DNA of 61,447 bases, filler included. It is 10 parts of 10 records of this genome, joined end to end, with 100 filler letters (N's around TTAATTAATTAA, not from the genome) between each part and the next. Parts side by side here need not be neighbours in the genome. Positions count along the whole stretch, not along the records: positions 27,986 to 36,381 come from SRR31156797_71197; positions 36,482 to 43,569 come from SRR31156797_71258; 8 more parts are not named here. The stretch is one strand, 5' to 3'. A program made the translations under genes and the position numbers. The notes under the pieces were generated by a model that was not told the DNA's origin, did no database searches, and saw nothing but the letters and a program-made list of their open reading frames with translations. Of the stretch, positions 28,894-39,667 are shown in pieces (the first letter of the stretch is position 1; each line of letters opens with the position of its first letter).

Positions 28894-30102
28894 TTATCCT
28901 TCTACTATCAGTAACGTTTCTCTGGCAATGGCCAGTTCCTCATTGGTCGGAAGTACAAAAACAGGAATGGAACTTCCCTCGGCACTGATACAGGTTGGTT
29001 TTTTAACACGCTGGTCATTGACTTGCAGATCGAGCTTAATCCCGAAAACATCCATTCCCTGCAGCGTTAACGCACGTACATCTGGATCGTTTTCACCGAT
29101 ACCGGCTGTAAAAACAATGGCATCTACCCTGCCAAGCACTGCCAAATAGGCACCTAGATATTTTCGATTACGGTATGTCTGCACATCCAGGGCTATTTTT
29201 GCCTGCTTATTACCCTCTGCAATGGCGTCATGAATGTCACGCATGTCATTCATACCGCACAACCCCTTTAGCCCTGACTCCTTATTAAGTACAGCATCGA
29301 TTTCATCAAGACTCATCCCCCGGTTACGATGAAGAAAGGTATGAATCGCTGGATCGACATCCCCCGATCTGGTGCCCATGACCAATCCTTCAAGAGGCGT
29401 CATACCAAGAGAAGTGTCGATACTTTGTCCATTTTCAATGGCTGTCATGGAACAACCGTTGCCAAGGTGGACTGTTATCAAGTTACATTCGGCCAGCGGT
29501 TTACCCAGCAATTTTGCGGTTTCGGTGGCGACAAACTTGTGGGAGGTACCATGAAAACCATAACGACGAACGCGGTCCTCTGTATAGTATTCATACGGGA
29601 GAGCATACATATAAGCATGCTCTGGCATGGTTTGATGAAAAGCAGTATCAAATACAGCAACCTGCGCAACATCGGCAAAAATATCCATGGCAACCATAAT
29701 ACCATCTAGATTTGCTGGATTATGGAGCGGCGCAAGTGGAACATTGGCTGTAATTGCCTCCAACACTTCGGGTGTGATAACGGTGGGTTCATGAAAATCT
29801 TCCCCCCCATGTACCACCCGGTGTCCAACAGCCCCAATTTCAGAAGCATCTTCAATAACGCCTACCTCACTGTCGGTTAGCAAAGAAATTGCTGCAAGCA
29901 TGCCTTGTTTATGATCGGCAATTTCCTGCTCCCGCTTCACCTTATTTTCCTGGTCTGTATCAGGATGAAACTTAGTCACCAGGTTACCAATCGGCTCCCC
30001 TATCCGCTCAACAAGCCCGGAGGCGAGTACACTTTCTGACTCCATATCAAGTACCTGGTACTTGATAGAAGAACTTCCTGAATTAATAACAAGTATTTTC
30101 AT
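28894..30102 (-). CDS. ackA: Acetate kinase
   Basis: LVINSGSSSIKY, GHRVVHGG, APLHNPAN, FDTAFHQT, RYGFHGTSH, HLGNG, TNEELAIA. Confidence 0.97.
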   Translation of the reverse strand: MKILVINSGSSSIKYQVLDMESESVLASGLVERIGEPIGNLVTKFHPDTDQENKVKREQEIADHKQGMLAAISLLTDSEVGVIEDASEIGAVGHRVVHGGEDFHEPTVITPEVLEAITANVPLAPLHNPANLDGIMVAMDIFADVAQVAVFDTAFHQTMPEHAYMYALPYEYYTEDRVRRYGFHGTSHKFVATETAKLLGKPLAECNLITVHLGNGCSMTAIENGQSIDTSLGMTPLEGLVMGTRSGDVDPAIHTFLHRNRGMSLDEIDAVLNKESGLKGLCGMNDMRDIHDAIAEGNKQAKIALDVQTYRNRKYLGAYLAVLGRVDAIVFTAGIGENDPDVRALTLQGMDVFGIKLDLQVNDQRVKKPTCISAEGSSIPVFVLPTNEELAIARETLLIVEG

Positions 30103-30176
30103 TCCGACTCCAACAGAAAAAATCGTAACAACTGATAGACTCGTAAAAAGTCCATCACAATTTAAGGGTATCTTAA

Positions 30177-32303
30177 TTAAGGCACCAGAGACTTTCTTGC
30201 CTCTTGCGCCTGAATCGCAGTAAGGGCAACAGTATCCACAATATCATGAACAGTACAACCACGAGACAGGTCATTGACCGGTTTATTCAACCCCTGAAGA
30301 ACAGGTCCCATTGCAACAGCATTGGCTGCACGCTGCACAGCCTTATAGGTATTGTTGCCGGTATTTAGATCCGGAAAAATAAAAACTGTAGCTCTTCCCG
30401 CAACAACCGAATCCGGTGATTTGAGCTTGGCAACCTCAAGATCAAAGGCAGCATCATACTGGAGAGGCCCTTCCAGTGGATAATCAAGTCCTCGCTCTTT
30501 CATCAACTGCTTGGCAATGGCAGTCGCCTCTACCACCTTTTCAACATCCTGCCCACTCCCTGAGCCACCGGTTGAGTAACTCAACAGCGCTACCCGTGGT
30601 TCAATACTAAATATTTTAGCAGTTTCTGCAGATGAAATAGCAATTTCTGCCAGTTGCCGTGCATCAGGGTTTGGCACAACTGCACAGTCTCCAAACGCCA
30701 GAACCTTGCTTTGAAAACACATAATAAAGATCGAAGAAACCACTGAAACACCAGGCTTGGTCTTCACAAACTCAAATGCCGGCCTAATTGTCTGAGCCGT
30801 TGTGGTTACCGACCCTGATACCATACCATCGGCCAATCCCTTATGCACCATCATGGTGCCGAAATAGGTGGGATCAGACATACGATCGCTCGCCACATCA
30901 AGCACTATTCCCTTATGTTTACGGGCATCAAAATAGGTTTCAACAAATTCATCAAAATATTCTGATCGAATCGGATCAATAATTGTGGCTCCCTCAATAT
31001 TTATTCCCAAGCTGGCCGCCTTGATGGAGATTTCATTTTCACGTCCCAGGAGGGTCACATCTGCAATGCCGCGCCGCAGGACAATATCCGCAGCCTGGAG
31101 CACACGCTCTCCCTGCCCTTCAGGCAGTACAATATGCTGCCGGTTATTTGATGCTTTTTCGACCAACGAATATTCAAACATGCGCGGTGTAATACGAGAA
31201 GAAGTTCTGGAAACGACCCGCTCACCTAGTTCCCTAATATCCACATGCTTATTAAACCAACCCATTGCTGTTGCAATCCGCTTATCATCGTTTGCCTCTA
31301 TCCGCCCATACAACTCGGTTACACTCTGCACCGTATCATACGTATGTGATTCGACAAATAAAACAGGAACGGGGATACCCGTCCACCCCTCTATTAACTT
31401 TTGCACACTGGGCCGCAGATCAATGCCGCCGGTGATGACAATTCCAGCAATATTTGGATACGCGGTGGATATTCGGGAAGCTAAACTGGCGATAATAATA
31501 TCGGAGCGGTCGCCTGGCGTAATAACCAAACTCTCGGGTTTTAGATAATCGAGAAAATTCCCGATCTGCATGGCTGCCACCAAGTAGTTGTCGACCAGGG
31601 TCAGCATACTGGCTTCACCGTAGAGAATTTTTGCCCCCAGCCACCGTTTCACATCCTCAACAGAAGGGTTACCAAGCGCTTTATGTTCAGGAATAACATA
31701 CAGAGGAATAGAGCGGTTAAACTGAGCCATACACTTGATATTGCTGGCCGTGTCTTCTAAAAATCCTTCAGGAGCACGATTAATAATACACCCTGCCAAT
31801 TCGACGCCTTTCTCCTCAAGGGTATCTATAGTGATGGCTGTATAAGCACAAATATCGTCGGTACTCTTATTTCTTCCCGAGGCTACAGCAAGTACAGAGG
31901 CACCTATATTGACAGCAATATCTGCATTGAGATCAAATTCAAAGTTAGCGTCCTTCCCCCTGAAATCAGTCCCTTCACAGAGGACAAAATCGTATTTTTT
32001 CTCCAACTCTTTATATTTTACGAGAATTTTCTCAAACAGCGTGTCCTCCTGCCCTGACGTAATGAGCTGCCTTGCCTGGCTTATGGTGAAGGCGTAGCTG
32101 TCTTCATAAGGAATATCGAGTTTAAAATATTTAAGAATCAGGTCCAGATCATGATCATTGCGCCCAAACCCCAGGTCATTAATAATCGGCCTGAAAAAAG
32201 CAACACGGCCAACTTGCTTGAGGATGATTTGCATGACGCCAAGCACTATCGCTGACTTGCCGCTTCTTTCTTCAGCAGCCGTTATATAAAGATTATTCGA
32301 CAT
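30177..32303 (-). CDS. pta: Phosphate acetyltransferase (long form with N-terminal AAA/DRTGG domains)
   Basis: ITPGDRSD, IVLPEG, EGPLQYDAA, FPDLNTGNNTYKAVQR, PVNDLSRG. Confidence 0.97.
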   Translation of the reverse strand: MSNNLYITAAEERSGKSAIVLGVMQIILKQVGRVAFFRPIINDLGFGRNDHDLDLILKYFKLDIPYEDSYAFTISQARQLITSGQEDTLFEKILVKYKELEKKYDFVLCEGTDFRGKDANFEFDLNADIAVNIGASVLAVASGRNKSTDDICAYTAITIDTLEEKGVELAGCIINRAPEGFLEDTASNIKCMAQFNRSIPLYVIPEHKALGNPSVEDVKRWLGAKILYGEASMLTLVDNYLVAAMQIGNFLDYLKPESLVITPGDRSDIIIASLASRISTAYPNIAGIVITGGIDLRPSVQKLIEGWTGIPVPVLFVESHTYDTVQSVTELYGRIEANDDKRIATAMGWFNKHVDIRELGERVVSRTSSRITPRMFEYSLVEKASNNRQHIVLPEGQGERVLQAADIVLRRGIADVTLLGRENEISIKAASLGINIEGATIIDPIRSEYFDEFVETYFDARKHKGIVLDVASDRMSDPTYFGTMMVHKGLADGMVSGSVTTTAQTIRPAFEFVKTKPGVSVVSSIFIMCFQSKVLAFGDCAVVPNPDARQLAEIAISSAETAKIFSIEPRVALLSYSTGGSGSGQDVEKVVEATAIAKQLMKERGLDYPLEGPLQYDAAFDLEVAKLKSPDSVVAGRATVFIFPDLNTGNNTYKAVQRAANAVAMGPVLQGLNKPVNDLSRGCTVHDIVDTVALTAIQAQEARKSLVP

Positions 32304-32721
32304 TTTTCAGCCTCTTGGTAACTAGTATTTCCTGTAGTACCTGCGATATTTAAACAACGTAGTGCAGGTGCCCTCTTTTATGTTATGCACAAACCATTGC
32401 TGGTCCAAGTTAAATCAAACAACAATCCACTTACCCAGCCAAAAACCCATTGTTATTGGTAATACCAATAACCAGAAAACTTCTTCCTTACAACCACAAA
32501 ACAGGCGCATAAGCAACCTATAGTTGAACATAATTCAAAAAATCACCTTACAGGTTTCAGCCAGACTCCACCCAAAGACCTCTCCGGAGAGCTCTTCCCA
32601 AAAAAAATTAAAAAAGACTTACCGGAACTTTACTGTTCTCCTGCAATACTTTGTTTTACATTATAAGTAAAAGATGAGAATAATTACCAGAAGGTAATCG
32701 TATATAACCAGGGAAGATGAT

Positions 32722-33120
32722 ATGAAAAATATAGAGATACGACGATCTGATAGCGGCACAGTCGAAATACGAGCAGCCAAGGAAATCAACCACGATCAGG
32801 CTGACGCTCTTTTCCGTACCGGCAAATCGGAACTCACCAAGCCTTCCTGCCAGAGCCTAGTTATTGATTTGCGATCAACTCGGCTGCTGGAGAATTATTC
32901 ACTCTATAAAATTTATAAACTGATCCATATTCTAAAAGAAACTGCTGCAGGAGTAGAGCACAAAGTACTCACAACTGTCCTGTATAATGGCGAGAAAAAA
33001 AGACGGGAGTTCCTGGAAAAGACCGTCAACCAGGAAGGCATAAGACTGACGTTTTCAGAAAATCCGATAAAAGAGCAGCACTGGTATAAACAATCACATT
33101 TATCATTACTCGTACAGTAG
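32722..33120 (+). CDS. Hypothetical protein, possibly STAS/SpoIIAA-like
   Basis: 132-aa ORF with GGAAG RBS; the LVIDLRS and EFLEKTVNQEGIRLTFS pattern is only suggestive. Confidence 0.5.
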   Translation: MKNIEIRRSDSGTVEIRAAKEINHDQADALFRTGKSELTKPSCQSLVIDLRSTRLLENYSLYKIYKLIHILKETAAGVEHKVLTTVLYNGEKKRREFLEKTVNQEGIRLTFSENPIKEQHWYKQSHLSLLVQ

Positions 33121-33133
33121 GTAAAAGACGCTA

Positions 33134-34393
33134 TCAGGTCGAGTTAGCCTTCAAAGAGTTATCATCCACGGTAGAAGTTACAACTGGGCTCTCTCCATTT
33201 ACCAGGTCTGAAGATCCCGAAACGCTCACGCTTTCATCTCTGCTGTGAGCCACTCCAGCCCCGTTATCCAGCACCACGCTGTATTCATTTAAATACATAT
33301 CAGAAAGGGTCAAAAAGGCGGTGACTATCAACGGTCCATAAATAATTCCAAGTACACCAAACAGGCTCATCCCTCCGATAATTGCTAAAAAGACAAGCAG
33401 GGTATGCATTTTCACCTGACTGCCAACAAACTTAGGCTTTACCAAATATTCGACGGAAAAAGACAATACAACGTAAAACAAAAGAGTAACCAAAGCCTTG
33501 GTCGTTAATCCATTGAGTAGTAAAATGATGGCCGTCGGTACCAGGACAAGCCCAATACCAAAAATCGGCAAAAAGGCAACCACTGCCATCACAGCTCCCC
33601 ATAGGACAGGGGATTTTAAACCAAGCAATGCAAAGAAGATTCCACCCAGAGTTCCCTGAAACAGTCCACTCAGACCATTACCCACCAGAATCACGCCTGC
33701 AATCTCCATAAATTTATGCATCAGCAATCGGTCCTGATCATCAGGAAGCGGTGATAATTTTGTCAGGAAAGCAATCAGCTTATCCATCTCAATCAACAGG
33801 AAAAATACAACAAGAATCAAAATACAAAACTGCCAGGCAAAGCTCATGACATTGGCTGCCCATGCAGATGCCTTGTTGTAAATAAACATACCGACAGTTT
33901 TACTTATATTAGAGACAAGCTCCGCAATGTCAGGCGGTTCAAAGTTAACGCCATAGCCGACGAGGATCTCTTGTACCTGCTGAACCCATGTATTATTTTG
34001 GATGACTTGCGGCAGTTTGAGCAGTACATTACTGTCCTTGCCAAGGTGATACAGGTTCAACGCTTCCGAAGAGAGTGCACCAGCGCAAAATGTGAGCGGA
34101 ATAAAGACGATCAACGTTATGAGCCCACATGTCAGACAGGAGGCCATCCATGAAGAAACCCACCTGCTGAGCCACGTATAGATTGGCCGAAAAATACCGG
34201 CCAACAAAAATGCCAGGATCAAAAACTGACCAAACGGCCAGAGAATCCAGCCAAGCATAAGCGTTGACAGCAGGAAAATTACAGTAAAAAATTTGGCTTG
34301 AACAGGAGTAAGTACTCTTGCTCCCTGCCCAATCTTGGGGGCACCAGGCTTTTTCGCAACGACATTTTTTTTATTCGATTTCTTACGTACCAT
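33134..34393 (-). CDS. AI-2E family transporter
   Basis: FLPIFG.GLV.VP, EYLVKPKFVG, HTLLVFLAIIGGMSLFGVLGIIYGPL; multiple TM segments. Confidence 0.88.
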   Translation of the reverse strand: MVRKKSNKKNVVAKKPGAPKIGQGARVLTPVQAKFFTVIFLLSTLMLGWILWPFGQFLILAFLLAGIFRPIYTWLSRWVSSWMASCLTCGLITLIVFIPLTFCAGALSSEALNLYHLGKDSNVLLKLPQVIQNNTWVQQVQEILVGYGVNFEPPDIAELVSNISKTVGMFIYNKASAWAANVMSFAWQFCILILVVFFLLIEMDKLIAFLTKLSPLPDDQDRLLMHKFMEIAGVILVGNGLSGLFQGTLGGIFFALLGLKSPVLWGAVMAVVAFLPIFGIGLVLVPTAIILLLNGLTTKALVTLLFYVVLSFSVEYLVKPKFVGSQVKMHTLLVFLAIIGGMSLFGVLGIIYGPLIVTAFLTLSDMYLNEYSVVLDNGAGVAHSRDESVSVSGSSDLVNGESPVVTSTVDDNSLKANST

Positions 34394-34491
34394 AGGCCAA
34401 GACCATAAAGCATGGCTCAAATTAATGCTAGGTTATCTCATCGTACGCTCTAAGAAACCAGGACACGAATGGTATTAAACAAGAGGACACA

Positions 34492-35577
34492 ATGGTAAAC
34501 AATGATATTGAAATAGCGGTACAAAAAGTACCGGAAGGTCAATTAAAAACAAAACCGGATCAAGGTAACCTTGGATTTGGCAGTTTCTTTGCCGATCATA
34601 TGTTCTCCATGCATTGGAACAGGCAGCAGGGGTGGCATGCTGCCAAAATTCAACCCTTCCAACAGCTCCAGCTGGATCCGGCAGCCATGGTTCTCCATTA
34701 CGGCCAGGCTATCTTTGAGGGGCTCAAGGCATATCGAACCAAAGACGATCGAATTTTACTGTTCCGCCCACAAGATAATCTGGCACGAATGAACCAGTCC
34801 GCCATAAGGATGTGCATGCCGCGCTTTCCTGTGGAAAGAGTGCTTCAGGCCCTCCGTGCTCTTATCTATCTTGATAAAGAGTGGGTCCCACACGCGAAAG
34901 GGGCAACCCTCTATATCCGTCCCACCATGATAGCCACCGAACCAATGCTTGGACTGCGCGCCGCAGAAGAGTACCAGTTTTTTATCATTAACTGTCCGGT
35001 GGGCGCCTATTATTCAGAAGGTTTTAACCCTACAAAAATATATATAGAGGATGAATATATCCGTGCAGTACCGGGGGGAGTGGGTGATGCCAAAACAGCC
35101 GGAAACTACGCTGCCAGCCTCAAGGCCCAAATAGGAGCACAAAAAAAAGGATACACCCAGGTTCTATGGCTTGATGCCAAGGAACGAAAATATATTGAAG
35201 AGGTCGGTACTTCAAATATCTTTTTTGTGATTGATAATGTCCTTATCACCCCTCCACTTAAAGGGTCTATTCTACCTGGAATCACTCGCGATTCAGTACT
35301 CCAGTTGGCAGGTGACTGGGGAATGCAGATAGAAGAACGACAGATATCAATAGACGAAATAGTCAACGCCTGTGAAGACGGGTCGCTTCAGGAAAGTTTC
35401 GGTACTGGAACAGCAGCGGTCATTGCTCCAGTGGGAGAATTCTGTTACCAGGGTAAAGATTTTATAATTAACGGCGGCAGCACTGGTCCAGTGGCACAGA
35501 AGCTGTACGATGAACTGCAGGCCATCCAGTTTGGCGAACAGGAAGACAACCACGGATGGGTAGTCCCGGTAAGCTAA
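34492..35577 (+). CDS. ilvE: Branched-chain amino acid aminotransferase
   Basis: LHYGQAIFEGLKAY, LYIRP, AKTAGNYA (PLP Lys), EEVGTSNIF, ILPGITRDS, GTAAVIAP. Confidence 0.95.
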   Translation: MVNNDIEIAVQKVPEGQLKTKPDQGNLGFGSFFADHMFSMHWNRQQGWHAAKIQPFQQLQLDPAAMVLHYGQAIFEGLKAYRTKDDRILLFRPQDNLARMNQSAIRMCMPRFPVERVLQALRALIYLDKEWVPHAKGATLYIRPTMIATEPMLGLRAAEEYQFFIINCPVGAYYSEGFNPTKIYIEDEYIRAVPGGVGDAKTAGNYAASLKAQIGAQKKGYTQVLWLDAKERKYIEEVGTSNIFFVIDNVLITPPLKGSILPGITRDSVLQLAGDWGMQIEERQISIDEIVNACEDGSLQESFGTGTAAVIAPVGEFCYQGKDFIINGGSTGPVAQKLYDELQAIQFGEQEDNHGWVVPVS

Positions 35578-35821
35578 AAAAAAACAAGGCCAATCACATT
35601 CGGCCCACCTTTACCTTTAATTTCAAGATGTTGGGCGGATATTTTTTTCCGCCCCTATCCCCCTTGATTTTTCAAAAACCGTCACTATTATATTGCGCAG
35701 TTTGAATTCAGAAGCTGCGTTTTAGTCTTATACACAACAGCGTACAATACGTCGTTAAGCATGACGTATTAAGAGCTTACATTTTACAATACAAAATAAA
35801 TCAGTAACAGGAGGAGTATTA

Positions 35822-36112
35822 ATGAAAATTCGTCCATTGAATGACCGTATTCTGGTCAAAAGACTGGAAGAAGAAGAAAAAACTGCTGGCGGGATCATCA
35901 TCCCAGACTCTGCGAAAGAAAAGCCTGCTGAAGGCGAAATCGTAGCTGTCGGTCCTGGCAAACTCAGTGATGCTGGTGAGCGTGTTGCCATGGATGTTGC
36001 TGTTGGCGATCGTGTGCTCTTTTCAAAATATGGCGGCACCGATGTCAAGCTTGATGGTGAGGACTTCCTTATCATGCGCGAAGATGACATTCTTGGCGTA
36101 GTAGAAGCCTAA
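35822..36112 (+). CDS. groES: Co-chaperonin GroES
   Basis: [45 protein letters not shown]. Confidence 0.98.
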   Translation: MKIRPLNDRILVKRLEEEEKTAGGIIIPDSAKEKPAEGEIVAVGPGKLSDAGERVAMDVAVGDRVLFSKYGGTDVKLDGEDFLIMREDDILGVVEA

Positions 36113-36141
36113 ACAACTCACAGTTATTATTGTAACCCTAG

Positions 36142-36381
<240 letters not shown>

Positions 36382-36481
36382 NNNNNNNNNNNNNNNNNNN
36401 NNNNNNNNNNNNNNNNNNNNNNNNNTTAATTAATTAANNNNNNNNNNNNNNNNNNNNNNNNNNNNNNNNNNNNNNNNNNNN
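36382..36481. other. Artificial contig linker 6
   Basis: N-run + TTAATTAATTAA + N-run. Confidence 0.99.
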
Positions 36482-36899
36482 TGGAAAATTTTTAAAATTG
36501 GCGCAACGTTTGGCGGATCTTCAGTTTGAGATTGTGTTTATCATGAGCGAGAAGGAATTGGATGTGTGGAGGCCCAAGATCGGCCGCCAATTCCCGGTCG
36601 CCGGTTTTCCCAACCTGCATGAATGCGCCGCGTTTATGTATGAGTCCGGTTTTTTTATCGGCAACGATTCCGGGGGCGGGCACTTGGCGGCCTGCCTTCA
36701 AATCCCCACATTGAGTATTCATGGACGAAAGGGGAAATCGCGGTTATGGCGGCCTGACTGGGGAACCGTTGAGGTGATTTCGCCCGCCTTCAATCTGGTC
36801 GGCAACAACCTTCGCCAAACCTGTTGGAAATATTTTCTGTCGGTTGGTCGTGTGCGGCGTGCCTTTGGAAAACTTGCCCGCAGGTCAGCATCGTTGTAG
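36482..36899 (+). CDS. Glycosyltransferase family 9 (heptosyltransferase-like), 5'-truncated
   Basis: FIGNDSGGGHLAACLQIPTLSIHG...WRP motif. Confidence 0.8.
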
Positions 36900-36928
36900 C
36901 GATAATAAAGATTGATGGGTTATCCGCT

Positions 36929-38713
36929 CTATCGGTCTACCTTTTCCTGCCGGATCCCATGCCCTTGATTTGTTCCGTATTGCGCCTGGTAGAGTTTGTG
37001 GTAGTCACCATTGGCGGACAACAGTGACGCGTGGTTTCCCTCTTCAACAATCTGTCCGTTCACGATAACGACAATATGATCTGCACCGGCAATGGTTGAG
37101 AGGCGATGAGCGATCACAACCGTTGTACGACCGCGCATGAGGTTGCCAAGCGCTTTCTGGACAACAGCCTCGGCTTCGGAATCCAAAGAGGAGGTGGCTT
37201 CGTCCAGGATAAGGATGGGCGCATCCTTGATCAGGGCCCTGGCAATGCACAGGCGCTGTTTCTCACCACCGGACAGCCTGCCGCCCAACTCGCCGATCCT
37301 CGTGTCATAACCGTCCGGAAACCGATCGATAAAGTTATGTGCAAAGGCCGATTTCGCCGCGTCCTCAATTTGGGTTCGTGTAGCCCCGGGTCGCCCATAC
37401 GCGATATTATCGTACACCGTCTCATTGAAGAGGATTGGTTCCTGGGTGACGATGGAAATCCGTTGCCGAAGCTCGGAGACGGTAAAATGGCGAATGTCTG
37501 TCCCGTCAATCCGGATACTTCCGCCGGTAACGTCAAAAAACCGGGGAATCAAGTTGGCCAGCGTGCTTTTCCCGCCACCGCTCATGCCCACCAGTGCGAG
37601 CACTTGCCCCTTGTTGACTGTCAGATCGACACCTTTGAGCACTTCCTCCTCGCCGTAGCTGAAGCGAACCTCTTCAAAGCGCAACGCATTGGGTGTCACC
37701 GGCATTGGCCTGGGATCGACAGGGTCCTGAATGTCGGATTGTTTTTCCACGACATCGAACACGCGATCGGCAGCCGCCATGCCCTGCTGAATGGTGTTGT
37801 TGATCTGGCTCAATTTCCTGACCGGATCGTAGATTAGCAGCACACATGCCAGAAAACTCATGAATGTACCCGGGGTCGTCTTGCCGTCGATCACTTCCGA
37901 GCCACCATACCAGATCACAAAAGCGATGCCCAAACCACCGAAAAATTCCATAATCGGCGAGGCCAGTGAACGAACCATAACCCCTTTGAGTTCTAAGCGA
38001 AAAATCCTTTGGGTCTGGTCGAAAAAGCGCCTTTTCTCGTGCTTTTCCATGCCGAATGCTTTGACAATCTTGGTACCGGAAAAAGTTTCGTGTAAAAAAG
38101 CGCTGAGTTCCGCCATGGCCTGTTGGCAACCGGTGCTCACCCGCCGGACTTTCTGCCCGAGAATGAAAACCGGGAGGAATGCAACCGGGAGGACCACAAA
38201 GGCAAGAATTGCCATTCGCCAGTTGAGGTAAAAAATCACCGACGTCAGTCCAATGATGGTCGACAGGTCGCGTAGCGATCCGGTGACAGCCGTTGATACC
38301 ATCGATTTGAGGATATTCACGTCGTTGGTAATCCTTGACATGAGCGTACCGGTGCGTTCTTTCTGAAAAAAGGATAAGGGAAGGTCCTGTATGCGGTCGT
38401 ATAGCTTGTTGCGCAGCCGTCGAATAATATCTTCTCCGACATAATTCATAAAATATTCCTGGCCATACGTTCCCAACGCTTTTATCAGATAGACACCAAT
38501 GACCAGTACCGGCAGCATGATCAGACCGGTGGTGTCTTTATTGACAAAGATATCGTCGATGACCGGTTTGATCAGATATCCGGTGGCCGTGGTGGCAAGA
38601 GATACGAGCAGGCTACAGCCTGCGGCCATGATCAGACGCCCGCTGTTTTTTTTGATCAAGGCCAAAAGCTGTTTATGCCGCCCCTGGATCTTTATGCTGA
38701 AATAAGATTTCAA
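36929..38713 (-). CDS. msbA: Lipid A/core exporter ABC transporter
   Basis: TM domain with RTGTLMSRITNDV; Walker A GMSGGGKST, LSGGEKQR, ILDEATSSLD, IAHRLST; LPS gene context. Confidence 0.88.
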   Translation of the reverse strand: MKSYFSIKIQGRHKQLLALIKKNSGRLIMAAGCSLLVSLATTATGYLIKPVIDDIFVNKDTTGLIMLPVLVIGVYLIKALGTYGQEYFMNYVGEDIIRRLRNKLYDRIQDLPLSFFQKERTGTLMSRITNDVNILKSMVSTAVTGSLRDLSTIIGLTSVIFYLNWRMAILAFVVLPVAFLPVFILGQKVRRVSTGCQQAMAELSAFLHETFSGTKIVKAFGMEKHEKRRFFDQTQRIFRLELKGVMVRSLASPIMEFFGGLGIAFVIWYGGSEVIDGKTTPGTFMSFLACVLLIYDPVRKLSQINNTIQQGMAAADRVFDVVEKQSDIQDPVDPRPMPVTPNALRFEEVRFSYGEEEVLKGVDLTVNKGQVLALVGMSGGGKSTLANLIPRFFDVTGGSIRIDGTDIRHFTVSELRQRISIVTQEPILFNETVYDNIAYGRPGATRTQIEDAAKSAFAHNFIDRFPDGYDTRIGELGGRLSGGEKQRLCIARALIKDAPILILDEATSSLDSEAEAVVQKALGNLMRGRTTVVIAHRLSTIAGADHIVVIVNGQIVEEGNHASLLSANGDYHKLYQAQYGTNQGHGIRQEKVDR

Positions 38714-38741
38714 CTGAATTTTCCTTTACTGTCATATGGAT

Positions 38742-39659
38742 TCAAACATTTGAATTGGACTTGCCGAAAAATCGCCAGGAAAGCCGATAATAACTGTACT
38801 TTCCGGCAACCGCAGGATCATTCGGGATCACCTGCCGCAATACGCCTAAGGTCATCAGGCGCCAGGCCGCCTGGACTCGATTTTTTCGTTTTATCTTGCG
38901 GATGGTCCTGTCAGGATAATGTTTGCGGTAAAAAATCATCTCGCCCTTGAGTTTTTTTTCCATCACAGCTTCCTGAGTATGGCTCCTTTCACTTTCACCT
39001 CCGTAGTGCGTGACAACGGATTCTTCGATAAATCCAATGGGCCAGCCGGCTTTTCGAACCGAGAGCCCCAAATCGAGATCTTCGCCATAAAGGAAAAAGC
39101 GTTCATCGAAACCGCCGACAGCTTCCATAACGCTTCGCCACGCAAAGATACTGGCACCCACCACCCAGGTGATGTCCCCAGGCAGATCATCAAGAATGGA
39201 TCCGGCATACTTCTGACCTGGGTAGCGAACCTCGACAGAGGGTTGAGGGGAACCGTCAGGATTGATCAGGGCGGTGCCGGCGATGCCGATGGATGGATTC
39301 TGTTCCATGAACGCCACCGCAGCTCGCAGTGCGCCGGTTTCCAGACGGGTATCCGGATTCAGAAACCAGAGCAGGTCACCGGTTGCCCTTGATAGGGCCT
39401 GATTGTTTGCCCGCGCAAAACCCAAGTTGCGTTCACTGGCCACCAAAACCGTATCCGCAAACTCATTTTTGACCATTTCAACACTCCCATCACGGGAGGC
39501 GTTGTCAACGACGATGACCTCATCACCGGGACTGCATTGCGAGTGAACAGAAGCAAGGCAGTCCCGCAGTAGTTCTACCGTATTGTAACTGACAATAACG
39601 ATACTCACCGATGATCGCCTGATCTGTGCGGATGACATGCGGTTTCCTTTTGTTGCCAC
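38742..39659 (-). CDS. Glycosyltransferase family 2 (WbbL/rhamnosyltransferase-like)
   Basis: VSIVIVSYN, VVDNASRDGS, NLGFARANN, FLNPDT, GGFDERFFLYGEDLD. Confidence 0.9.
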   Translation of the reverse strand: MATKGNRMSSAQIRRSSVSIVIVSYNTVELLRDCLASVHSQCSPGDEVIVVDNASRDGSVEMVKNEFADTVLVASERNLGFARANNQALSRATGDLLWFLNPDTRLETGALRAAVAFMEQNPSIGIAGTALINPDGSPQPSVEVRYPGQKYAGSILDDLPGDITWVVGASIFAWRSVMEAVGGFDERFFLYGEDLDLGLSVRKAGWPIGFIEESVVTHYGGESERSHTQEAVMEKKLKGEMIFYRKHYPDRTIRKIKRKNRVQAAWRLMTLGVLRQVIPNDPAVAGKYSYYRLSWRFFGKSNSNV

Positions 39660-39667
39660 CGGTTGGA

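Noticed and set aside
35580-35821. CIRCE element upstream of groES
   Set aside because: No match to TTAGCACTC-N9-GAGTGCTAA; only an unrelated inverted repeat is present.
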